DNA from: Euprymna scolopes
Taxonomy: Eukaryota
Assembly: GCA_053919585.1 (NCBI GenBank)
Contig: CM132793.1
Strand: one strand, 5' to 3'
DNA length: 64,000 nt
A model generated the notes under the pieces. It was not told where the DNA came from and searched no databases. It was given only the letters and a program-made list of their open reading frames with translations. Both the position numbers and the translations under genes were made by a program. Positions 52,501 to 64,000 of the stretch are shown here, piece after piece; position 1 is the stretch's first letter, and each line of letters begins with the position of its first letter.

Positions 52501-55500
52501 CATGTTCAATAGCATGTTCAATAACATGTTCAATAACATGTTCAATAGCATGTTCACTAGCATGTTCAATAACATGTTCAATAACATGTTCACTAGCATG
52601 TTCAATAACATGTTCAATAACATGTTCAATAACATGTTCAATAACATGTTCAATAACATGTTCACTAGCATGTTCAATAACATGTTCAATAGCATGTTCA
52701 ATAACATGTTCAATAACATGTTCAATAACATGTTCAATAACATGTTCAATAACATGTTCAATAGCATGTTCAATAGCATGTTCAATAACATGTTCAATAA
52801 CATGTTCAATAACATGTTCACTAGCATGTTCAATAACATGTTCAATAGCATGTTCAATAGCATGTTCAATAACATGTTCAATAACATGTTCACTAGCATG
52901 TTCAATAACATGTTCAATAGCATGTTCAATAACATGTTCAATAACATGTTCAATAACATGTTCAATAACATGTTCAATAACATGTTCAATAGCATGTTCA
53001 ATAGCATGTTCAATAACATGTTCAATAACATGTTCAATAACATGTTCAATAACATGTTCAATAACATGTTCAATAACATGTTCAATAACATGTTCAATAA
53101 CATGTTCAATAGCATGTTCAATAGCATGTTCAATAACATGTTCAATAACATGTTCAATAACATGTTCAATAACATGTTCAATAGCATGTTCAATAACATG
53201 TTCAATAACATGTTCAATAACATGTTCAATAACATGTTCAATAGCATGTTCAATAACATGTTCAATAACATGTTCAATAACATGTTCAATAACATGTTCA
53301 ATAACATGTTCAATAACATGTTCAATAACATGTTCAATAGCATGTTCAATAACATGTTCAATAACATGTTCAATAACATGTTCAATAACATGTTCACTAG
53401 CATGTTCACTAGCATGTTCAATAACATGTTCAATAGCATGTTCACTAGCATGTTCAATATCATGTTCAATAACATGTTCAATAACATGTTCAATAACATG
53501 TTCAATAACATGTTCAATAACATGTTCAATAGCATGTTCAATAGCATGTTCAATAACATGTTCAATAACATGTTCAATAACATGTTCAATAGCATGTTCA
53601 ATAGCATGTTCAATAACATGTTCAATAACATGTTCAATAACATGTTCAATAACATGTTCAATAACATGTTCAATAGCATGTTCAATAGCATGTTCAATAA
53701 CATGTTCAATAACATGTTCAATAACATGTTCAATAACATGTTCAATAACATGTTCAATAGCATGTTCAATAGCATGTTCAATAGCATGTTCAATAACATG
53801 TTCAATAAAATGTTCAATAACATGTTCAATAACATGTTCAGTAGCATGTTCAATAACATGTTCAATAACATGTTCAATAACATGTTCAATAACATGTTCA
53901 ATAACATGTTCAATAGCATGTTCAATAGCATGTTCAATAACATGTTCAATGACATGTTCAATAACATGTTCAATAACATGTTCAATAACATGTTCAATAA
54001 CATGTTCAATAACATGTTCAATAGCATGTTCAATAACATGTTCAATAACATGTTCAATAACATGTTCAATAACATGTTCACTAGCATGTTCACTAGCATG
54101 TTCAATAACATGTTCAATAGCATGTTCACTAGCATGTTCAATAACATGTTCAATAACATGTTCACTAGCATGTTCAATAACATGTTCAATAACATGTTCA
54201 ATAACATGTTCAATAACATGTTCACTAGCATGTTCAATAACATGTTCAATAACATGTTCAATAACATGTTCAATAACATGTTCAATAACATGTTCAATAA
54301 CATGTTCAATAGCATGTTCAATAACATGTTCAATAACATGTTCAATAACATGTTCAATAACATGTTCACTAGCATGTTCACTAGCATGTTCAATAACATG
54401 TTCAATAGCATGTTCACTAGCATGTTCAATATCATGTTCAATAACATGTTCAATAACATGTTCAATAACATGTTCAATAACATGTTCAATAACATGTTCA
54501 ATAGCATGTTCAATAGCATGTTCAATAACATGTTCAATAACATGTTCAATAACATGTTCAATAGCATGTTCAATAGCATGTTCAATAACATGTTCAATAA
54601 CATGTTCAATAACATGTTCAATAACATGTTCAATAACATGTTCAATAGCATGTTCAATAGCATGTTCAATAACATGTTCAATAACATGTTCAATAACATG
54701 TTCAATAACATGTTCAATAGCATGTTCAATAGCATGTTCAATAGCATGTTCAATAACATGTTCAATAAAATGTTCAATAACATGTTCAATAACATGTTCA
54801 GTAGCATGTTCAATAACATGTTCAATAACATGTTCAATAACATGTTCAATAACATGTTCAATAGCATGTTCAATAGCATGTTCAATAACATGTTCAATAA
54901 CATGTTCAATAACATGTTCAATAACATGTTCAATAACATGTTCAATAACATGTTCAATAACATGTTCAATAGCATGTTCAATAACATGTTCAATAACATG
55001 TTCAATAACATGTTCAATAACATGTTCACTAGCATGTTCACTAGCATGTTCAATAACATGTTCAATAGCATGTTCACTAGCATGTTCAATAACATGTTCA
55101 ATAACATGTTCACTAGCATGTTCAATAACATGTGCAATAACATGTTCAATAACATGTTCAATAACATGTTCACTAGCATGTTCAATAACATGTTCAATAA
55201 CATGTTCAATAACATGTTCAATAACATGTTCAATAACATGTTCAATAACATGTTCAATAACATGTTCAATAACATGTTCAATAACATGTTCAATAGCATG
55301 TTCAATAACATGTTCAATAACATGTTCAATAACATGTTCTCTAGCATGTTCACTAGCATGTTCAATAACATGTTCAATAACATGTTCAATAACATGTTCA
55401 ATAACATGTTCACTAGCATGTTCACTAGCATGTTCAATAACATGTTCAATAACATGTTCAATAGCATGTTCAATAGCATGTTCAATAACATGTTCAATAA

Positions 55501-58500
55501 CATGTTCAATAACATGTTCAATAACATGTTCAATAACATGTTCAATAACATGTTCAATAGCATGTTCAATAACATGTTCAATAACATGTTCAATAACATG
55601 TTCAATAACATGTTCACTAGCATGTACACTAGCATGTTCAATAACATGTTCAATAGCATGTTCATAAGCATGTTCAATAACATGTTCAATAACATGTTCA
55701 CTAGCATGTTCAATAACATGTTCAATAACATGTTCACTAGCATGTTCAATAACATGTTCACTAGCATGTTCAATAACATGTTCAATAACATGTTCAATAA
55801 CATGTTCAATAACATGTTCAATAACATGTTCAATAACATGTTCAATAACATGTTCAATAACATGTTCAATAACATGTTCAATAACATGTTCAATAGCATG
55901 TTCAATAACATGTTCAATAACATGTTCAATAACATGTTCAATAACATGTTCAATAACATGTTCAATAACATGTTCAATAACATGTTCAATAACATGTTCA
56001 ATAACATGTTCAATAACATGTTCAATAACATGTTCAATAACATGTTCAATAACATGTTCAATAGCATGTTCAATAACATGTTCAATAACATGTTCAATAA
56101 CATGTTCAATAACATGTTCAATAGCATGTTCAATAACATGTTCAATAACATGTTCAATAGCATGTTCAATAACATGTTCAATAACATTTTCAATAACATG
56201 TTCAATAGCATGTTCAATAACATGTTCAATAACATGTTCAATAACATGTTCAATAACATGTTCAATAGCATGTTCAATAACATGTTCAATAACATGTTCA
56301 ATAACATGTTCAATAACATGTTCAATAACATGTTCAATAACATGTTCAATAACATGTTCAATAACATGTTCAATAACATGTTCAATAGCATGTTCAATAA
56401 CATGTTCAATAGCATGTTCAATAACATGTTCAATAACATGTTCAATAACATGTTCAATAACATGTTCAATAACATGTTCAATAGCATGTTCAATAACATG
56501 TTCAATAACATGTTCAATAACATGTTCACTAGCATGTTCAATAACATGTTCAATAACATGTTCAATAACATGTTCAATAACATGTTCAATAACATGTTCA
56601 ATAGCATGTTCAATAACATGTTCAATAACATGTTCAATAACATGTTCAATAACATGTTCAATAGCATGTTCAATAACATGTTCAATAACATGTTCAATAA
56701 CATGTTCAATAACATGTTCAATAACATGTTCAATAACATGTTCAATAACATGTTCAATAACATGTTCAATAACATGTTCAATAACATGTTCAATAACATG
56801 TTCAATAACATGTTCAATAACATGTTCAATAACATGTTCAATAGCATGTTCAATAACATGTTCAATAGCATGTTCAATAACATGTTCAATAACATGTTCA
56901 ATAACATGTTCAATAACATGTTCAATAACATGTTCAATAGCATGTTCAATAACATGTTCAATAACATGTTCAATTACATGTTCACTAGCATGTTCAATAA
57001 CATGTCCAATAACATGTTCAATAACATGTTCAATAACATGTTCAATAACATGTTCAATAACATGTTCAATAACATGTTCAATAACATGTTCAATAGCATG
57101 TTCAATAACATGTTCAATAACATGTTCAATAACATGTTCAATAACATGTTCAATAGCATGTTCAATAACATGTTCAATAACATGTTCAATAACATGTTCA
57201 ATAGCATGTTCAATAACATGTTCAATAACATGTTCAATAACATGTTCAATAACATGTTCAATAACATGTTCAATAACATGTTCAATAACATGTTCAATAG
57301 CATGTTCAATAACATGTTCAATAACATGTTCAATAACATGTTCAATAACATGTTCAATAACATGTTCAATAACATGTTCAATAACATGTTCAATAACATG
57401 TTCAATAACATGTTCAATAACATGTTCAATAACATGTTCAATAGCATGTTCAATAACATGTTCAATAACATGTTCAATAACATGTTCAATAACATGTTCA
57501 ATAGCATGTTCAATAACATGTTCAATAACATGTTCAATAACATGTTCAATAGCATGTTCAATAACATGTTCAATAACATGTTCAATAACATGTTCAATAA
57601 CATGTTCAATAGCATGTTCAATAACATGTTCAATAACATGTTCAATAGCATGTTCAATAACATGTTCAATAACATGTTCAATAACATGTTCAATAACATG
57701 TTCAATAACATGTTAAATAACATGTTCAATAGCATGTTCAATAACATGTTCAATAACATGTTCAATAACATGTTCAATAGCATGTTCAATAACATGTTCA
57801 ATAACATGTTCAATAGCATGTTCAATAACATGTTCAATAACATGTTCAATAACATGTTCAATAGCATGTTCAATAACATGTTCAATAACATGTTCAATAA
57901 CATGTTCAATAACATGTTCAATAACATGTTCAATAACATGTTCAATAACATGTTCAATAGCATGTTCAATAACATGTTCAATAACATGTTCAATAACATG
58001 TTCACTAGCATGTTCAATAACATGTCCAATAACATGTTCAATAACATGTTCAATAACATGTTCAATAACATGTTCAATTACATGTTCAATAACATGTTCA
58101 ATAACATGTTCAATAGCATGTTCAATAACATGTTCAATAACATGTTCAATAACATGTTCAATAACATGTTCAATAGCATGTTCAATAACATGTTCAATAA
58201 CATGTTCAATAACATGTTCAATAACATGTTCAATAACATGTTCAATAACATGTTCAATAACATGTTCAATAACATGTTCAATAACATGTTCAATAACATG
58301 TTCAATAACATGTTCAATAGCATGTTCAATAACATGTTCAATAACATGTTCAATAACATGTTCAATAACATGTTCAATAGCATGTTCAATAACATGTTCA
58401 ATAACATGTTCAATAACATGTTCAATAGCATGTTCAATAACATGTTCAATAACATGTTCAATAACATGTTCAATAACATGTTCAATAACATGTTCAATAA

Positions 58501-61500
58501 CATGTTCAATAACATGTTCAATAGCATGTTCAATAACATGTTCAATAACATGTTCAATAACATGTTCAATAACATGTTCAATAACATGTTCAATAACATG
58601 TTCAATAACATGTTCAATAACATGTTCAATAACATGTTCAATAGCATGTTCAATAACATGTTCAATAACATGTTCAATAACATGTTCAATAACATGTTCA
58701 ATAGCATGTTCAATAACATGTTCAATAACATGTTCAATAACATGTTCAATAGCATGTTCAATAACATGTTCAATAACATGTTCAATAACATGTTCAATAA
58801 CATGTTCAATAGCATGTTAAATAACATGTTCAATAACATGTTCAATAGCATGTTCAATAACATGTTCAATAACATGTTCAATAACATGTTCAATAACATG
58901 TTCAATAACATGTTCAATAACATGTTCAATAACATGTTCAATAGCATGTTCAATAACATGTTCAATAACATGTTCAATAACATGTTCAATAGCATGTTCA
59001 ATAACATGTTCAATAACATGTTCAATAACATGTTCAATAACATGTTCAATAACATGTTCAATAACATGTTCAATAACATGTTCAATAACATGTTCAATAA
59101 CATGTTCAAAAACATGTTCAATAACATGTTCAATAGCATGTTCAATAACATGTTCAATAACATGTTCAATAACATGTTCAATAACATGTTCAATAACATG
59201 TTCAATAACATGTTCAATAACATGTTCAATAACATGTTCAATAACATGTTCAATAGCATGTTCAATAACATGTTCAATAACATGTTCAATAGCATGTTCA
59301 ATAACATGTTCAATAACATGTTCAATAACATGTTCAATAACATGTTCAATAACATGTTCAATAACATGTTTAATAACATGTTCAATAACATGTTCAATAA
59401 CATGTTCAATAACATGTTCAATAACATGTTCAATAACATGTTCAATAGCATGTTCAATAACATGTTCAATAACATGTTCAATAACATGTTCAATAACATG
59501 TTCAATAACATGTTCAATAGCATGTTCAATAGCATGTTCAATAACATGTTCAATAGCATGTTCAATGACATGTTCAATAACATGTTCAATAACATGTTTA
59601 ATAACATGTTCAATAACATGTTCAATAACATGTTCAATAACATGTTCAATAGCATGTTCAATAACATGTTCAATAACATGTTCAATAACATGTTCACTAG
59701 CATGTTCAATAACATGTCCAATAACATGTTCAATAACATGTTCAATAACATGTTCAATAACATGTTCAATAACATGTTCAATTACATGTTCAATAACATG
59801 TTCAATAACATGTTCAATAGCATGTTCAATAACATGTTCAATAAACATGTTCAATAACATGTTCAATAACATGTTCAATAGCATGTTCAATAACATGTTC
59901 AATAGCATGTTCAATAACATGTTCAATAACATGTTCAATAACATGTTCAATAACATGTTCAATAACATGTTCAATAACATGTTCAATAACATGTTCAATA
60001 ACATGTTCAATAACATGTTCAATAGCATGTTCAATAACATGTTCAATAACATGTTCAATAGCATGTTCAATAACATGTTCAATAACATGATCAATAACAT
60101 GTTCACTAGCATGTTCAATAACATGTTCAATAACATGTTCAATAACATGTTCAATAACATGTTCAATAACATGTTCAATAACATGTTCACTAGCATGTTC
60201 AATAACATGTTCAATAACATGTTCAATAACATGTTCAATAACATGTTCAATAACATGTTCAATAACATGTTCAATAGCATGTTCAATAACATGTTCAATA
60301 ACATGTTCAATAGCATGTTCAATAACATGTTCAATAACATGTTCAATAACATGTTCAATAACATGTTCAATAACATGTTCAATAACATGTTCAATAGCAT
60401 GTTCAATAACATGTTCAATAACATGTTCAATAACATGTTCAATAACATGTTCAATAACATGTTCAATAACATGTTCAATAGCATGTTCAATAACATGTTC
60501 AATAACATGTTCAATAACATGTTCACTAGCATGTTCAATAACATGTTCAATAACATGTTCAATAACATGTTCAATAACATGTTCAATAACATGTTCAATA
60601 ACATGTTCAATAACATGTTCACTAGCATGTTCAATAACATGTTCAATAACATGTGCAATAACATGTTCAATAACATGTTCAATAACATGTTCAATAACAT
60701 GTTCAATAGCATGTTCAATAGCATGTTCCATAACATGTTCAATAGCATGTTCAATAACATGTTCAATAACATGTTCAATAACATGTTCACTAGCATGTTC
60801 AATAACATGTCCAATAACATGTTCAATAACATGTTCAATAACATGTTCAATAACATGTTCAATAACATGTTCAATTACATGTTCAATAACATGTTCAATA
60901 ACATGTTCAATAGCATGTTCAATAACATGTTCAATAACATGTTCAATAACATGTTCAATAACATGTTCAATAGCATGTTCAATAACATGTTCAATAACAT
61001 GTTCAATAACATGTTCAATAACATGTTCAATAACATGTTCAATAACATGTTCAATAACATGTTCAATAACATGTTCAATAGCATGTTCAATAACATGTTC
61101 AATAACATGTTCAATAACATGTTCAATAACATGTTCAATAGCATGTTCAATAACATGTTCAATAACATGTTCAATAACATGTTCAATAACATGTTCAATA
61201 GCATGTTCAATAACATGTTCAATAACATGTTCAATAACATGTTCAATAACATGTTCAATAGCATGTTCAATAACATGTTCAATAACATGTTCAATAGCAT
61301 GTTCAATAACATGTTCAATAACATGTTCAATAACATGTTCAATAACATGTTCAATAACATGTTCAATAACATGTTCAATAACATGTTCAATAACATGTTC
61401 AATAGCATGTTCAATAACATGTTCAATAACATGTTCAATAACATGTTCAATAGCATGTTCAATAACATGTTCAATAACATGTTCAATAGCATGTTCAATA

Positions 61501-64000
61501 ACATGTTCAATAACATGTTCAATAACATGTTCAATAGCATGTTCAATAACATGTTCAATAACATGTTCAATAACATGTTCAATAACATGTTCAATAACAT
61601 GTTCAATAACATGTTCAATAGCATGTTCAATAACATGTTCAATAACATGTTCAATAACATGTTCAATAACATGTTCAATAACATGTTCAATAACATGTTC
61701 AATAACATGTTCAATAACATGTTCAATAACATGTTCAATAGCATGTTCAATAACATGTTCAATAACATGTTCAATAGCATGTTCAATAACATGTTCAATA
61801 ACATGTTCAATAACATGTTCAATAACATGTTCAATAGCATGTTCAATAACATGTTCAATAACATGTTCAATAACATGTTCAATAACATGTTCAATAACAT
61901 GTTCAATAACATGTTCAATAACATGTTCAATAACATGTTCAATAACATGTTCAATAGCATGTTCAATAACATGTTCAATAACATGTTCAATAGCATGTTC
62001 AATAACATGTTCAATAACATGATCAATAACATGTTCACTAGCATGTTCAATAACATGTTCAATAACATGTTCAATAACATGTTCAATAACATGTTCAATA
62101 ACATGTTCAATAACATGTTCACTAGCATGTTCAATAACATGTTCAATAACATGTTCAATAACATGTTCAATAACATGTTCAATAACATGTTCAATAACAT
62201 GTTCAATAGCATGTTCAATAACATGTTCAATAACATGTTCAATAGCATGTTCAATAACATGTTCAATAACATGTTCAATAACATGTTCAATAACATGTTC
62301 AATAGCATGTTCAATAACATGTTCAATAGCATGTTCAATAACATGTTTAATAACATGTTCAATAACATGTTCAATAGCATGTTCAATAACATGTTCAATA
62401 ACATGTTCAATAACATGTTCAATAACATGTTCAATAGCATGTTCAATAACATGTTCAATAACATGTTCAATAACATGTTCAATAGCATGTTCAATAACAT
62501 GTTTAATAACATGTTCAATAACATGTTCAATAGCATGTTCAATAACATGTTCAATAACATGTTCAATAACATGTTCAATAACATGTTCAATAGCATGTTC
62601 AATAACATGTTCAATAACATGTTCAATAACATGTTCAATAACATGTTCAATAACATGTTCAATAACATGTTCAATAACATGTTCAATAACATGTTCAATA
62701 ACATGTTCAATAGCATGTTCAATAACATGTTCAATAACATGTTCAATAGCATGTTCAATAACATGTTCAATAACATGATCAATAACATGTTCACTAGCAT
62801 GTTCAATAACATGTTCAATAACATGTTCAATAACATGTTCAATAACATGTTCAATAACATGTTCAATAACATGTTCACTAGCATGTTCAATAACATGTTC
62901 AATAACATGTTCAATAACATGTTCAATAACATGTTCAATAACATGTTCAATAACATGTTCAATAGCATGTTCAATAACATGTTCAATAACATGTTCAATA
63001 GCATGTTCAATAACATGTTCAATAACATGTTCAATAACATGTTCAATAACATGTTCAATAGCATGTTCAATAACATGTTCAATAACATGTTCAATAGCAT
63101 GTTCAATAACATGTTCAATAACATGTTCAATAACATGTTCAATAACATGTTCAATAACATGTTCAATAACATGTTCAATAACATGTTCAATAGCATGTTC
63201 AATAACATGTTCAATAACATGTTCAATAACATGTTCAATAGCATGTTCAATAACATGTTCAATAACATGTTCAATAGCATGTTCAATAACATGTTCAATA
63301 ACATGTTCAATAGCATGTTCAATAACATGTTCAATAACATGTTCAATAACATGTTCAATAACATGTTCAATAACATGTTCAATAACATGTTCAATAACAT
63401 GTTCAATAACATGTTCAATAGCATGTTCAATAACATGTTCAATAACATGTTCAATAACATGTTCAATAACATGTTCAATAACATGTTCAATAACATGTTC
63501 AATAACATGTTCAATAACATGTTCAATAACATGTTCAATAACATGTTCAATAGCATGTTCAATAACATGTTCAATAACATGTTCAATAACATGTTCAATA
63601 ACATGTTCAATAGCATGTTCAATAACATGTTCAATAACATGTTCAATAACATGTTCAATAACATGTTCAATAGCATGTTCAATAGCATGTTCAATAACAT
63701 GTTCAATAACATGTTCAATAACATGTTCAATAACATGTTCAATAACATGTTCAATAGCATGTTCAATAACATGTTCAATAACATGTTCAATAACATGTTC
63801 AATAACATGTTCGATAGCATGTTCAATAACATGTTCAATAACATGTTCAATAACATGTTCAATAGCATGTTCAATAGCATGTTCAATAACATGTTCAATA
63901 ACATGTTCAATAACATGTTCAATAACATGTTCAATAACATGTTCAATAACATGTTCAATAGCATGTTCAATAACATGTTCAATAACATGTTCAATAACAT
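40523..64000. repeat. Satellite DNA array of the 12-bp unit AACATGTTCAAT, ~1950 units, running off the window end
   Basis: Direct observation. Common variants are AGCATGTTCAAT and ...TTCACTAGC...; there are rare locally inverted units and one visible indel, an extra A at 59843-59845. Confidence 0.99.

Noticed and set aside
40436-59857. 6473-aa (MFNN)n ORF as a real giant Met/Asn-rich protein
   Set aside because: The codons ATG, TTC, AAT, AAC and AGC cannot become stops by a single substitution, so an open frame is expected. Other frames and the opposite strand are also open for kilobases, and the N-terminus is a broken transposase.
40480-64000. (MLLN)n, (CSIT)n and (IEHV)n ORFs
   Set aside because: These are alternative readings of the same 12-bp satellite.
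40523-64000. CRISPR array or telomeric repeat
   Set aside because: There are no unique spacers or cas genes, the context is eukaryotic, and the unit is not a G-rich telomere motif.

Overview
AT-rich animal genomic DNA; the repeat content suggests a mollusc, possibly a cephalopod (inference). Bases 1-40.5 kb are mostly decayed transposons: Ty1/copia, Tc1 and mariner, three CR1-like LINE fragments, an R2/Hero-type and several R4/Dong-type RLE retrotransposons, an RTE LINE, SINEs and Helitron-like elements. Microsatellites and N gaps lie between them. The only convincing host coding sequence is the first coding exon of a rhodopsin-class peptide GPCR (31938-32267, +). From 40523 to the window end is a >23 kb satellite of the 12-mer AACATGTTCAAT; its giant ORFs are artefacts. 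Two observations stand out. (1) The satellite begins exactly in the DE(S)MFN catalytic motif of a Tc1 transposase relic, so it appears to have been born from transposase coding sequence. (2) A tRNA-headed SINE family carries a hammerhead ribozyme core (retrozyme-like); one copy forms a long inverted repeat downstream of the GPCR exon. Many boundaries are approximate because they were read by eye.
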